From: Myxococcota bacterium
GTDB lineage: Bacteria; Myxococcota; UBA4151
Reading direction: 5' to 3'
Assembly (NCBI GenBank): GCA_036338695.1
Contig: JAYZBQ010000058.1
Location: 17,109-81,108 of the forward strand
Length of the DNA: 64,000 nucleotides
The position numbers and the translations under genes were made by a program. Positions 45,091-55,813 of this stretch are shown in pieces (positions within the stretch are counted from its first letter, which is position 1; every line of letters starts with the position of its first letter). The notes beneath the pieces were generated by a model that saw only the letters and a program-made list of their open reading frames with translations, was not told the origin of the DNA and searched no databases.

Positions 45091-46485
45091 ATGGAACAGT
45101 CGCTTCTCACCACAGCGTATCTCTTCGCCTCCGTCTTTTTCATCCTCAGCTTGCGCGGCCTGAGCAGCCAGGAGACCGCCAAAACCGGTAACTGGTACGG
45201 CATCGTCGGGATGGTCGTGGCGATCGGCGCAACCGTCCTCTCGGACAGCGTCACCGGCTACGGCCCGATCCTGATCGCCATCGCCGTCGCTGCGATCATC
45301 GGTGCCGTCCTCGCCGCACGCGTCGAGATGACGGCGATGCCCGAGCTGGTCGCCATCCTGCACAGCTTTGTCGGCTTGGCCGCCGTGTTCGTCGGCTTCG
45401 CGCTCTACCTCGACGAGTCGGGCGAGGTCCACGGCAGCCGCACCGTCATGCTCATTGAGATCGCGGTCGATGTCTTCCTCGCCGCCATCACCTTCACCGG
45501 CTCCGTGCTGGCGTTCTTGAAGCTACGCGGCACGCTCAGCGGCACCCCGCTGCTGCTGCCGGGGCGTCACCTGATCAACCTTGCGATGGTGATCGGCTGC
45601 GTCGTCTTGAGCGTGCTGTTCTGCCAGGCCGAGGGCACGAGCGGGCTCAACTACCTGCTGATCATGTCGCTGATCGCCTCGGTGCTCGGCGTGCACCTGG
45701 TGGCAGCGATCGGTGGCGCCGATATGCCCGTCGTGGTGAGTATGCTGAACAGCTACTCGGGTTGGACGGCAGCTGCCGCCGGCTTCATGCTGGGGAACGA
45801 CCTCTTGATCATCACCGGGGCGCTGGTTGGCTCCTCGGGCGCCATTCTGTCGTACATCATGTGCAAGGCGATGAACCGCTCGATCGTCAACGTCATCTTC
45901 GGTGGCTTTGGCACCGGTGGTGGAGCCGCCGCCGGACCGGCTCAAGCGGTCGAGGGTGAGATCACCGAGTTCAGCGTTGAGGATGTCGTCGACGAGCTGC
46001 GCGACGCAACGTCCGTGATCATCGTCCCTGGCTACGGGATGGCGGTGGCGCAGGCGCAGCACGCCGTACGGACCATGACGGACATCCTGCGCAAAGCGGG
46101 TACAGACGTCCGCTTTGGGATCCACCCGGTCGCGGGCAGGCTCCCTGGTCATATGAACGTGCTGCTCGCCGAGGCGAACGTCCCTTATGACATCGTGCTC
46201 GAGATGGACGAGCTCAACGACGACTTCCCCGAGACCGACGTCGTGCTGATCATCGGCGCGAACGACATCGTCAACCCAAGCGCTCAGACCGACCCCAACA
46301 GCCCGATCGCCGGGATGCCGGTCCTCGAGGTCTGGAAGGCGCGCCGAGCGGTTATGATGAAGCGCAGCCGGCGCACCGGCTACGCGGGCGTCGACAACCC
46401 GCTCTTCTACGAGCCCAACACGCGCATGCTCTTTGGGGACGCTAAAGACTCGATGGATGCGATCGTCAGCGCGCTCAAAAGCTAG
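45091..46485 (+). CDS. pntB: NAD(P) transhydrogenase subunit beta
   Basis: [42 protein letters not shown]. Confidence 0.97.
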   Translation: MEQSLLTTAYLFASVFFILSLRGLSSQETAKTGNWYGIVGMVVAIGATVLSDSVTGYGPILIAIAVAAIIGAVLAARVEMTAMPELVAILHSFVGLAAVFVGFALYLDESGEVHGSRTVMLIEIAVDVFLAAITFTGSVLAFLKLRGTLSGTPLLLPGRHLINLAMVIGCVVLSVLFCQAEGTSGLNYLLIMSLIASVLGVHLVAAIGGADMPVVVSMLNSYSGWTAAAAGFMLGNDLLIITGALVGSSGAILSYIMCKAMNRSIVNVIFGGFGTGGGAAAGPAQAVEGEITEFSVEDVVDELRDATSVIIVPGYGMAVAQAQHAVRTMTDILRKAGTDVRFGIHPVAGRLPGHMNVLLAEANVPYDIVLEMDELNDDFPETDVVLIIGANDIVNPSAQTDPNSPIAGMPVLEVWKARRAVMMKRSRRTGYAGVDNPLFYEPNTRMLFGDAKDSMDAIVSALKS

Positions 46486-47669
46486 ACGGCGCCGCGCACC
46501 ACATCGCCTGCTCGCATTACCAGTGAGGGGCGAAAGCGCTCGCTGACGGTCTCGAATTCGGCGCGCGACAGAGCGATCAGATCGGCGCGTTTACCCGGCT
46601 GCAAGCTGCCGCGGTCGTCCAGCCCGAGCGCCTGCGCGCCGTTGCGCGTGGCGGCACGCCAGCAGTCGAGCGCATCCAGGCCGTGATCACGTAGACCTGC
46701 GAGCTCGACCCCGATGTTTCCGTGCGGGTTGCCCGGCGTGCCTGCGTCCGTGCCGGTCGCAATACAGCAGCCCGCAGCGTGGGCTCGGCGGATGCTGTCA
46801 CCGTGCGGGATCGCCGCCTCGGTCAGTTTCTGATTGATCTCATCGGGTAGCAGATCGCTCATCCTGCGCATACAGATCAGCGCGGCGAGGGTCGGAACGA
46901 GCGCTCGATCTGGTGCCTTGAGCACCTCAAGCGCAAAATCGCTCAGCCAGAAGCCGTGCTCGATGGTGTGGACCCCTGCGCGCAACGCCGCGTCGATCCC
47001 GTCCGCGCCCTGAGCGTGCGCTGCGACCCGTTTACCCGCCTTGGTCGCCTCCTCGACCGCTGCGCGCATCTCGTCTTCGGTGAGCTGCTGCGCGCCGGGG
47101 CGCACCCCGGAGGTGAGCACGCCGCCTGTGGCGATGATCTTAATCAGCCGGGCGCCTGCCTTTAGGTTCTCCCGCGCCGCTGCGCGTACGGCGTCGGGAC
47201 CGTCCGCCTCGATACCCAGCATGCACGCATGGCCCCCGGTCATGGCGATCAACCGACCCGCAGCGAACACTTGGGGACCCTCCACCTCGCCGTCATCCAC
47301 GAGGCGCTGCAGCTCGAGATCAACGCCCGCAACGCCCCCAACGTCGCGAATGGTCGTGACGCCAGCGTCGAGGTGTGCGCCGAGGCTGCGCACCGCCCTC
47401 ATCGTCATGCGAGCGGGGTGTTCTTTGAGCGCATCACCGAAGGGGTCCAGACTCGCCGAGAGGCAAAGGTGGGTGTGGACATCGCACAGGCCGGGCATCA
47501 ACACGCCAGAGACTGTGAGCTCCTCAGCGCCCTTGCGGCGCAGCTCATCGACATGACCGACCGCCTCGATATGTCCGTCCGAGCCGATGAGGACGGCGCC
47601 CCCTTCAAGCAGTTCAGGCTGATCATCGCTGGCGCTAAAGACGGCGTCGGCTGCGAGTAAGCGGCGCAT
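46482..47669 (-). CDS. Metal-dependent amidohydrolase (Xaa-Pro dipeptidase-like)
   Basis: [41 protein letters not shown] before ATG 47669. Confidence 0.9.
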   Translation of the reverse strand: MRRLLAADAVFSASDDQPELLEGGAVLIGSDGHIEAVGHVDELRRKGAEELTVSGVLMPGLCDVHTHLCLSASLDPFGDALKEHPARMTMRAVRSLGAHLDAGVTTIRDVGGVAGVDLELQRLVDDGEVEGPQVFAAGRLIAMTGGHACMLGIEADGPDAVRAAARENLKAGARLIKIIATGGVLTSGVRPGAQQLTEDEMRAAVEEATKAGKRVAAHAQGADGIDAALRAGVHTIEHGFWLSDFALEVLKAPDRALVPTLAALICMRRMSDLLPDEINQKLTEAAIPHGDSIRRAHAAGCCIATGTDAGTPGNPHGNIGVELAGLRDHGLDALDCWRAATRNGAQALGLDDRGSLQPGKRADLIALSRAEFETVSERFRPSLVMRAGDVVRGAV

Positions 47670-47822
47670 ACCAGCACCTCCTTGATTAGGTGAACCGCAC
47701 CTGTGAACCAAGCACACAGCGTCTCGGTCAAGCCGGCTTCTTGGGCGACGATCAACAACGGGGGTTCTATTTGGTCCAACTGTCCTGCTACAGAGCGAAG
47801 AGCTTGCTTGAGAGGAGACCTC

Positions 47823-48527
47823 ATGAGCTCAGACCCCGTCGCCGTCCTCAAAGCCCTCAAGGCGAGCCGCACCGCAAGCGCACGCTGGCGGCTGATCATT
47901 GCGCTGAGCGTTGTCGCCGTCTTCGGCGTCTACGGTTGGTGCTTCTACAGCTTGGTGACTGGGTTCGACTCGGAGAAATTCGCCGCGCGGTTTGCCGAGC
48001 GCGGATCGCAGGCGACGCCGGGCCTCGTGGCGCAGACGGGTGAGGCGATGGATCGGTTGATCCCCATCTACAGCGACGAGGTCGCCAAGCAGGCTGACGC
48101 CGGCTTGCTCGCGATGCACAAGAAGCTGCTCAAGGAGTACGAGGTCTTGCTCAAGGACGTTGACCTGATGACCTCGCAACGCAGCACCAAACTCAAAAAC
48201 TTGATCCATGGGCGCATCGACAGCGCGCTCAGCACCAACTATCCGGTGTTCGCTCAAAACGCCGAGCTTCGGGGTCAGACCAAAGACGCCATCTTGAGCG
48301 CTTTTGAGGGCGCAGCTCAAGACGCGCTTGATGCGCGCGTCAAGCGTCCCTCCAACGAGCTCAAACGCTTGATCGAGGCGAGCTCTAAGCTGGCAACTCA
48401 GGCGACAAAGGAACGCGGTAAACAAGCCGACGCGCCGGAGCTTCGCATGGTGATCGCCATGCTCGGTCTGGTCTCACGCGAGCTCGCGAATCAGCGAGCC
48501 CGCTTGGTTGAGGAGGCAAAGCAATGA
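47823..48527 (+). CDS. Hypothetical single-pass membrane protein, helical
   Basis: SD GAGGAG; N-terminal TM followed by amphipathic helices. Confidence 0.75.
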   Translation: MSSDPVAVLKALKASRTASARWRLIIALSVVAVFGVYGWCFYSLVTGFDSEKFAARFAERGSQATPGLVAQTGEAMDRLIPIYSDEVAKQADAGLLAMHKKLLKEYEVLLKDVDLMTSQRSTKLKNLIHGRIDSALSTNYPVFAQNAELRGQTKDAILSAFEGAAQDALDARVKRPSNELKRLIEASSKLATQATKERGKQADAPELRMVIAMLGLVSRELANQRARLVEEAKQ

Positions 48528-49225
48528 ATGACCAAGAGTTAAGCCAAGGGCTCATGGACGAACTCGCCGCAGCCGAGGGAGGGCTGAGCAAGCTGCGCAT
48601 CGGCGGCGTCGTCCTCGTCATCTTTCTGATCGCCTATCTTCAGTTCATGTACTCCCAGCTCAACGCCATGATGGAGCCGGAGGGGCTCGCTGACATCGGC
48701 GTGATGATGATCGAAGATCACGCCACCGAGGTCGTTCGTGCGGTCGAATCCGACTTCGTGGACTCGGCATCTCACCACGTCCAGGAGTTCTACACCGCTC
48801 TCGTTGAGGGGGTGCCGGTCGTGCGCGTCAGCTTGATGGACCACATGCGTGCAGGCGACAGCGCGCTCGCTCGGCAAATGGAGGCGTGGCTGACCGACTA
48901 TTTTGACACCCTGGTCAAAGAGAACCCGCAGCTTCAGCTCGCCGCCGAGAAAAAGCAGATCATCGCTCAGGACGCTTTTAAGGGCTTGGGCGACATCATC
49001 CGCTCGGACCTCGAGATGACCTTCGAGGCGGGTGGGGTGGACCGCGAGCTCGGCGAGGCGAGCGCCATGATCTCGGGTTTTGCTGACCGACTTGAGCGCT
49101 ACAGCTCCGGCATCGGGCTCGGCAGCGACGAGCGAGAAGAGCGCGACCTGCTGTACGCCTGGATCAACCTCGTGGCGCCTGACTTCGAGGGCCTGACGGA
49201 GCCGATCGAGGCGGCTGCCCCCTAA
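48524..49225 (+). CDS. Hypothetical single-pass membrane protein, helical
   Basis: ATGA coupling with the upstream gene; N-terminal TM followed by acidic helices. Confidence 0.75.
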   Translation: MNDQELSQGLMDELAAAEGGLSKLRIGGVVLVIFLIAYLQFMYSQLNAMMEPEGLADIGVMMIEDHATEVVRAVESDFVDSASHHVQEFYTALVEGVPVVRVSLMDHMRAGDSALARQMEAWLTDYFDTLVKENPQLQLAAEKKQIIAQDAFKGLGDIIRSDLEMTFEAGGVDRELGEASAMISGFADRLERYSSGIGLGSDEREERDLLYAWINLVAPDFEGLTEPIEAAAP

Positions 49226-50360
49226 GCTCGAGCACAAACCAACTCACCAAACCGAGCAGCACGAAAGCGGCGGCGACGATAAAGCACCAGGCGTCGCCAT
49301 GCCGATCGGCGACGGCGCCAAAGAGGGGCTGGGCTGCGATCGCCGAGGCTTCCCAGATCCCGGTCGAGAGCGCCATGGCGCTGCCGCGATACTGTTCGGG
49401 CGTTCGCCCGACCACCTGACTTGCGATCACTGGAAAACAATACCCGTGTCCGACGCCGCACAGCGCCGCGGCGACCAAAAACTGAAGGTCCAGCTGCGCC
49501 CAGGTGAGCCCGAGCATCCCGAACGCATAGATGGCGATCGCCGGGACCACCATGTTCCGAACGCCGACATAGTCGGGCAGACGCGCTCCAACGAGGCGCA
49601 CCACAATGGCGCCGAGCGCATAGGGGATCCACAGCCTCGAGGGCTGCTCCATGCCCGCGCCTGAGGCGGCGACGGCGGAGAATGCCATAAACACCGCAAC
49701 GGAGGTCGCAAAGGTCATGTTCGCAACCCAAACAGGTCGCAGTTGCGCAGTCCAAAAAGTGCTGAGACGGAAGCGGCTGCGCGCCGCCTCGACTCGCCGG
49801 ACGGGCTCCTCGATGAGGATGATGAACGGGAGCGAACCCAGGACCCCGACGCTCATGACCGGAAAGACGTAACGCAGCGACTCAGCGCCAGGCGCCAGCC
49901 CCTCGGCGAAGGGGTTCATCATCAACGGCAGGAGCCCCGAGATCCCGAAGAGCGCGATCCCCTCGGTGCGGCGCGAGGCGGGGATCAGGTCTGCGACGAA
50001 GGCAAAATAGCCCGCAAAGAGAGTGCCTGTACCGACGCCAGCGACGAAGCGCATGACGCTGATGCCCGCTGACATGCTGTCGAAGAACCCGAGCCCGACC
50101 AATCCAGCCACGGTGCAGCAGGTCCCGGCGATCAAGGTCGGGCGCCGCCCGACGCGATCGAGCGCTGCGCCGGCGAAGGGGAGCGCCAACAGCCCACCGA
50201 GCCCGCCGACGGCCATCACCTCACCGATCTGGGCGCGGTCGGCCCCGATCGACTCGAGATACATCGGTAAGAGCAACATGCTCGTCCAGCCCAAGCCCTG
50301 AAGGAAATGGGCGATCAACAAGAGCACGAAGGGCTTCGTCACCAAGCGCTCGCGTTCCAT
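49164..50360 (-). CDS. MFS transporter
   Basis: Motif A GAALDRVGRR; about 12 TM segments. Confidence 0.9.
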   Translation of the reverse strand: MERERLVTKPFVLLLIAHFLQGLGWTSMLLLPMYLESIGADRAQIGEVMAVGGLGGLLALPFAGAALDRVGRRPTLIAGTCCTVAGLVGLGFFDSMSAGISVMRFVAGVGTGTLFAGYFAFVADLIPASRRTEGIALFGISGLLPLMMNPFAEGLAPGAESLRYVFPVMSVGVLGSLPFIILIEEPVRRVEAARSRFRLSTFWTAQLRPVWVANMTFATSVAVFMAFSAVAASGAGMEQPSRLWIPYALGAIVVRLVGARLPDYVGVRNMVVPAIAIYAFGMLGLTWAQLDLQFLVAAALCGVGHGYCFPVIASQVVGRTPEQYRGSAMALSTGIWEASAIAAQPLFGAVADRHGDAWCFIVAAAFVLLGLVSWFVLELRGQPPRSAPSGPRSQAPRG

Positions 50361-50398
50361 CACTTGCGCCCCTCCGCTTCACGCCGCAAACTGGTGGC

Positions 50399-50779
50399 AT
50401 GAGCTTGCGTGCCCACCTGTTTGCATTGATCTGCCTTGTCCTCAATGGCTGCGGCACCGATTGTCCGTCCATCGACTGCGAAGACGTGGTCAACGTGATC
50501 TTTAGTGGTGCGCAATCGGGTGATTACACGGTGGTGTGGGGTGGTGACGAGCACGTCTGCGCAGGCGGCGAGCCGCAATCCGAAGGCCTGATCAGCTGCG
50601 GCGCGAGCGGCTTTGTGGTCGCAGGTCAGGGCGACACTCTTGCCCTCACAGTCCAAGGCGGCGACTGGTCAGGCACGCTCGATGCCTCGCTCGATTACAC
50701 GCCGATCACCGATGCGCAGCGAGCCGACTGCACCTACCCGTGCGGCCGCGCCGAGGCGTTGCTGATGGTCACTCCGTAG
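50399..50779 (+). CDS. Small Cys-containing lipoprotein
   Basis: Lipobox LNGC; CPSIDC...C...C; beta-rich. Confidence 0.7.
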   Translation: MSLRAHLFALICLVLNGCGTDCPSIDCEDVVNVIFSGAQSGDYTVVWGGDEHVCAGGEPQSEGLISCGASGFVVAGQGDTLALTVQGGDWSGTLDASLDYTPITDAQRADCTYPCGRAEALLMVTP

Positions 50780-50789
50780 CGAAGCGACC

Positions 50790-53072
50790 TTACCGAGGTG
50801 GCAGGGTCACCCGACCGTGCCGTCGGCTCTTCGTCCCGTACTGAACCGCCGTGATGGCGGTCATGTTGACGATCTCGGCGACCGATGCGCCGCGCTGCAT
50901 GATCGTCAGTGCGTGGTCCATGCCGAGCAAAATCGGCCCAACCACCTCGGCGTTCGAGAGCTGCTGCAGGATTTTGTAGGTGATGTTGGCGGCGGCGAGG
51001 TTGGGCATCACCAGCACGTTGGCGTCGTCGCTCAGCTCGGTGAAGGGATAGAACTGCTCGCGCACTTTCTGCGACAGCGCCGTGTCCACCTGCATCTCAC
51101 CGTCGATCTCGAGATCCGGGCGCTGCTCTCGAACCAGCTGAACGGCGCGCTGAATTTTGCGCGAGGACTCGTCCTTGACGGCGCCGAAGTTGGCGTAGCT
51201 CAGCATCGCCACGCGCGGCTCGATGTCCATGGAGCGGACCATATCCGAGGCCAAGATCGCGATCTCCGCCAGGGTCCGGTCGTCCGGGTCGATGTTGACG
51301 GTGGCGTCGCAGATGAACTTGACCGTGTTGGGCATCACCAACATGTACATACCCGCCGCTCGGCGCACGCCAGGCGCCACGCCAACGACCTCAAGCGCTG
51401 GGCGCATATAGTTCGCCCAAGCGTCTGATATCCCGCAGATCAACGCGTCGGTGTCGCCGCATTCAAGCTGCAACATCCCGAAACCTCGGCGGCGTTTTGC
51501 CAGCTGCTCAGCGCTGTTGCGCGTGGCGCCACGCCGGCAGGATTTCTGGAACCAATTCTCGATGTATTGGACCTGCCGATCGTCGGTCCAGGGCTCGACG
51601 ATCTCGATCCCATCCAGGTCGAGGTTGTGTTCATCGGCGTAGCTCTTGATGTCTTTCGAGCGCCCCAGCAGCCGAGGCTGGCAGATCCCTTCGTCGCGAG
51701 CGATGACCGCGGCGTGGATCATACGGCCCTCTTCACCCTCCACGAAGGTCATCGTCGGGCAGTACCGGCGCGCCTTAGCGTACTCGGTCGACAAGACGGC
51801 GTGGGTGGGCGAGACGCGTCGCCGCAGCGCCTCTCGATACTGATCCTTCTCAAAGCCGTCGACCCGAGCGATGCCCTCATCGACAGCCGCTTGCGCCACG
51901 TCCGGCGCCACCCAAAACAGGACCCTTGGGTCAAAGGGTTTGGGGATGATGTAGTTCGCCCCAAACTTGATCGCGTCGACCCCATAAGCTTCCGAGACCG
52001 AGTCGGGGACCTCCTCACGAGCGAGATGCGCAAGCGCCCGCGCAGCGGCGAGCTTCATCGCCTCGCTGACGCCGGTCGCCTGACAGTCCAGCGCGCCGCG
52101 AAAGATGTACGGAAAGCCGAGCACGTTGTTGACCTGGTTCGGATGATCGGAGCGCCCCGTTGCGATGACCGCGTCGGGACAGGCTGCCACGACCTCGGCG
52201 TACGGAACCTCCGGGTCCGGGTTAGCGAGCACAAAGATGATCGGTCGCTCCGCCATGGTCTTAAGGTCCTGCGCAGTGCACACCCCGGGGACGCTCAGCC
52301 CAAGGAAGAAGTCAGCACCCTCAAGCGCCTCGCCGACGGTCGACGCGGCGACGTCCCGAGCCCAAGGCTCCTTGACCGCTGTCATCCGTTCTCGCCCCGG
52401 CTTGAGAACGCCTTTGGAGTCGCACATGATGATGTTCTCGGCGCGCAAGCCCAGCTCGATCATGAACTTGACGCACGCGATCGCTGCGGCGCCTGCGCCG
52501 CTGACGACGGTTTTGAGCTCGCTGAGCTCTTTACCTTGAAGGTGGGCAGCGTTGAGCAACGCAGCACCTGCGATGATCGCCGTGCCGTGCTGATCATCGT
52601 GGAAAACGGGGATATCGAGTCGCTCGCGCAGGATCTCTTCGACCTCAAAGCACTCGGGCGAGCGGATGTCCTCGAGGTTGATCCCACCGAAGGTCGGCGC
52701 CATGGCGACGATCGCGTTGACCATCTCATCGACGGTGTCGGCCTTGAGCTCAATGTCGAAGACGTCGATGTCGGCGAACTGCTTGAACAGGACCCCTTTG
52801 CCCTCCATCACCGGTTTCGAGGCTTCTGGACCGATGTCGCCCAAACCCAGCACCGCCGTGCCATTCGTCACCACCGCAACGAGGTTCCCCTTCGCCGTGT
52901 ACTTGTAGACGTCCTGTGTACGCTCTGCGATCCGGCGACAGGGCTCGGCGACCCCCGGCGTGTAAGCGAGCGAGAGGTCCCGCTGCGTCTGACACGGCTT
53001 ACTCGGCGTCACCTCGATCTTACCGGGGCGCCCGTCGGCGTGATAGTTTAGCGCATCTTTGATTCGAAACAT
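50790..53072 (-). CDS. maeB: NADP-dependent malic enzyme fused to a phosphotransacetylase-like domain
   Basis: [36 protein letters not shown]-terminal IDGEMQ PTA domain. Confidence 0.97.
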   Translation of the reverse strand: MFRIKDALNYHADGRPGKIEVTPSKPCQTQRDLSLAYTPGVAEPCRRIAERTQDVYKYTAKGNLVAVVTNGTAVLGLGDIGPEASKPVMEGKGVLFKQFADIDVFDIELKADTVDEMVNAIVAMAPTFGGINLEDIRSPECFEVEEILRERLDIPVFHDDQHGTAIIAGAALLNAAHLQGKELSELKTVVSGAGAAAIACVKFMIELGLRAENIIMCDSKGVLKPGRERMTAVKEPWARDVAASTVGEALEGADFFLGLSVPGVCTAQDLKTMAERPIIFVLANPDPEVPYAEVVAACPDAVIATGRSDHPNQVNNVLGFPYIFRGALDCQATGVSEAMKLAAARALAHLAREEVPDSVSEAYGVDAIKFGANYIIPKPFDPRVLFWVAPDVAQAAVDEGIARVDGFEKDQYREALRRRVSPTHAVLSTEYAKARRYCPTMTFVEGEEGRMIHAAVIARDEGICQPRLLGRSKDIKSYADEHNLDLDGIEIVEPWTDDRQVQYIENWFQKSCRRGATRNSAEQLAKRRRGFGMLQLECGDTDALICGISDAWANYMRPALEVVGVAPGVRRAAGMYMLVMPNTVKFICDATVNIDPDDRTLAEIAILASDMVRSMDIEPRVAMLSYANFGAVKDESSRKIQRAVQLVREQRPDLEIDGEMQVDTALSQKVREQFYPFTELSDDANVLVMPNLAAANITYKILQQLSNAEVVGPILLGMDHALTIMQRGASVAEIVNMTAITAVQYGTKSRRHGRVTLPPR

Positions 53073-53084
53073 TCGGTGGCTCCT

Positions 53085-54722
53085 TTAGGGGGTCACGCGG
53101 CAAGCCTCAACGAGCTCGTCGAGCTGTCGCCGCTCGACGCGATTCGCTAACCGCTCAAAGGGTTGTAGTTGGCGGGCGCCGAGCTCGACATGCCACGAAC
53201 CGGGCTGCGCCAGATCCAGACCGATCATGCGGCTCAAGCGGGCGGCGAGGTCGGGCATCACAGGCGACAGCGCGGCGAAGAGCACCTGCGCCGCATCGAT
53301 CGCTGTTGCGCAGACAGCCTGCGCTGCGCTTGGGTCCTCCTTGAACAAGGCCCACGGCGCTCGGTCCTGAAGATAGGTGTTGGCCTCGTCAGCGGACTCG
53401 ATGAGCAGGCGCATCGCCTGGGCGTGCCGGAACCCTGCAAAATGCTCGACCGCTTGTTGACTGCGCGCCCGGAGCCGCTCCACGAGGTCACCAGCCGCCG
53501 GGTCGCGCGCCTCGATGGTGCCGTCGAAGCGCTTGCCTACAAAGCCGATGGTGCGGCTGCACAGGTTAACCACCTTACCGACAAGTTCGCCGTTGATCGC
53601 GCCCACGAAGTCATCGAAATCGAGGCTCATATCCTCGATCCCTTCATTCAACCGGCGAGCATAGTAGAACCGGAGATACTCGGCGGGCAGGTGCTCCAAC
53701 CACGCTCGAGCGCCGATAAAGGTGCCGCGGCTCTTCGACATCTTCTCGCCGTTGACCTGAAGCATGCCGTGGACCTGCACCTTACTCGGCAAACCCCAAC
53801 CCGAGCCCATCAACATCGCCGGCCAAAACAGCGCGTGGAAGTACACGATGTCTTTGCCGATCACGTGAATGCGCTCAGCTTCCTCACCACGCCAGAGGCG
53901 GTCGGGGTCGTCCCAGCCTTGATCGAGGCTCCATTTGCGCGCCGTCGAGATGTAGCCGACGGGTGCGTCCAGCCAGACGTAAAAATACTTGTTGTCTTCG
54001 CCCGGGATCGGAAAGCCGAAGTAGGGTCCGTCGCGACTAATATCCCAGGGCTTGAGCCCGCCCTCAAACCAACCATCGACCCAGTTCTTGACCGAAGGCT
54101 GAAGCGCCGACGCCGTCCATTCTCGCAGGCGGTCGGCGTAGCGGGGCAGATCGAAGAGCAAGCGCTCCGAGGAGCGCGTCACCGGCGTGGAGCCACAGAT
54201 GGCGCAGCTCGGGTCACCTAGGTCCGTCGTGTCGTACGTTGCGCCGCAACGCTCGCAGCCGTCACCGTACTGGTCGGTGGCGCCACACTTCGGGCAGACA
54301 CCTTTGATGAATCGATCCGGCAAGAAGCACTGGTCGTGCTCGCAGTAGAGTTGCTCTCGCTCCTCACGAAGGATCTCACCGCGCGCCCGCAGCGCCTCGT
54401 AAATCTCGGTCGCAATCGCCTGATTTTCCGGGCTGTGGGTGGTGTAGAAGATGTCGAAGTCGACGCCAAACTCGTTGAAGTCTTCGATGAAGGCTTGGCG
54501 CGCCGAGGCGACCAACGCCTCTGGCTCGATCCCTTGCTTACGCGCGTTCATCTGAATCGGCGTACCGTGAGAGTCGGCTGCGCAATGAAAGTGCACGTCC
54601 TGTCCGAGCAGCCGCTTGGCTCGGACGGTGATGTCCGCCTGGACGTACTCGACAAGGTGGCCGATGTGCAGCTGTCCGTTGGCGTAGGGTAGGGCGGCTG
54701 TGATGACGGTCGGCTTAGCCAT
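53085..54722 (-). CDS. metG: Methionine--tRNA ligase (short form, no C-terminal tRNA-binding domain)
   Basis: ALPYANG.LHIGH, Zn knuckles CPKC/CERC/CAIC, YVWLDA, KMSKS; start ATG 54722. Confidence 0.97.
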   Translation of the reverse strand: MAKPTVITAALPYANGQLHIGHLVEYVQADITVRAKRLLGQDVHFHCAADSHGTPIQMNARKQGIEPEALVASARQAFIEDFNEFGVDFDIFYTTHSPENQAIATEIYEALRARGEILREEREQLYCEHDQCFLPDRFIKGVCPKCGATDQYGDGCERCGATYDTTDLGDPSCAICGSTPVTRSSERLLFDLPRYADRLREWTASALQPSVKNWVDGWFEGGLKPWDISRDGPYFGFPIPGEDNKYFYVWLDAPVGYISTARKWSLDQGWDDPDRLWRGEEAERIHVIGKDIVYFHALFWPAMLMGSGWGLPSKVQVHGMLQVNGEKMSKSRGTFIGARAWLEHLPAEYLRFYYARRLNEGIEDMSLDFDDFVGAINGELVGKVVNLCSRTIGFVGKRFDGTIEARDPAAGDLVERLRARSQQAVEHFAGFRHAQAMRLLIESADEANTYLQDRAPWALFKEDPSAAQAVCATAIDAAQVLFAALSPVMPDLAARLSRMIGLDLAQPGSWHVELGARQLQPFERLANRVERRQLDELVEACRVTP

Positions 54723-55791
54723 CCTGACCACCACTCTTGGGCTTGCGACGCCGGCGGCGCCGGCGACGCGGACGCTTGCCCTCAGAGCCGCTCTCCTGCG
54801 GCTCTTTGCTCTGGCGCGCCGCCGTCTCCTTCGACCGGCCGGAGCCCTGAGCCGAGCGCTCCCGCCGCGGACGCGTAGGGCGTGCGGCGCTGCGCTCCTC
54901 GCGCTGCCCCGATCGCTGGCGAGGGGGCGGTCCATCCGGCCCATGATAGAAGCCACCGCGCTCGTCGCCTTGTGGGACGCCTCCTTTGACCCGCTCGACC
55001 TCATCCGCCTGAAAGCTAGCGAGCTCGCGATTGGCGAGCGTCGAGACGCGCACGCGCCGCTGGAGCACGTTCAGGTCGATGACCTTGGCGTACCCCTTGG
55101 GCGAGCGGACGGTGTGCCCCACGCGCAGCGCCACCTCCTCGAGGTACTCACGGTAGGTATCAGCTTCGTACGCCAGGCAACACTTCAGCTTCCCGCATCG
55201 ACCCGAGAGCTTTTGCGGTGTCAGCGAGATCCCCTGGTCCTTCGCCATCTTGGTCGTAGGGTTGGGGAAGACCTTGAGAAAGGTCGAGCAGCAGGTCGGC
55301 CGACCGCATGGACCGAGCCCGCCGAGCTGTCCCGCCGCCTCACGCGGCGCCAGCTGCACCAGCTCGACCTCAACGCCGAACTCGACGGCGAAGTCTCGCA
55401 TCAGGTCGCGCACGTCCTCGGTGTTGTCGCTGGCATAGTAGAGCCGGATCTTTCGGTCGTTGCTGATCGTGCAGCGTACGAACTTGAGCTTGAGCCGACG
55501 CGCCCGCGCTCGCTGGCGTGCAAATCCAAAGGCTTTGGCTTCGAACTGCTGTCGCCGCTCGAGCAGCTCGAGCCGATCGGGTGTTGCCAAGGCGAGCGCT
55601 TGGGGTGCGTCCGTCGCCTGCCGGGGCTGATGCCCCGTGACCACCGCCACCTCTTCGCCGCCGCCAGGCCTCTCGACGATAACCTGCGCCCCGACCTCGG
55701 GGAGCGGACGATCCCAGCGGTACGGCTTGGGCAGCGCGCCAGCGCGGGTCACCGCCTCAAAGCTGTTCATTTCTTCTGGAGTTTGGCTCAC
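54715..55791 (-). CDS. ricT: PSP1-domain protein RicT/YaaT
   Basis: GGLGPCGRPTCC, KMAKDQ, KLSGRCGKLKCCLAYE; upstream of metG. Confidence 0.88.
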   Translation of the reverse strand: MSQTPEEMNSFEAVTRAGALPKPYRWDRPLPEVGAQVIVERPGGGEEVAVVTGHQPRQATDAPQALALATPDRLELLERRQQFEAKAFGFARQRARARRLKLKFVRCTISNDRKIRLYYASDNTEDVRDLMRDFAVEFGVEVELVQLAPREAAGQLGGLGPCGRPTCCSTFLKVFPNPTTKMAKDQGISLTPQKLSGRCGKLKCCLAYEADTYREYLEEVALRVGHTVRSPKGYAKVIDLNVLQRRVRVSTLANRELASFQADEVERVKGGVPQGDERGGFYHGPDGPPPRQRSGQREERSAARPTRPRRERSAQGSGRSKETAARQSKEPQESGSEGKRPRRRRRRRRKPKSGGQDG

Positions 55792-55813
55792 TTAAGAGCT
55801 CCTTCTTCTAGCC

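Noticed and set aside
51567..53051. Long antisense ORFs (also 19894-21075, 15196-16338, 43490-44605, 53169-54221, 54700-55851)
   Set aside because: They are shadows of well-supported genes on the opposite strand, as expected at high GC, and carry no motifs.
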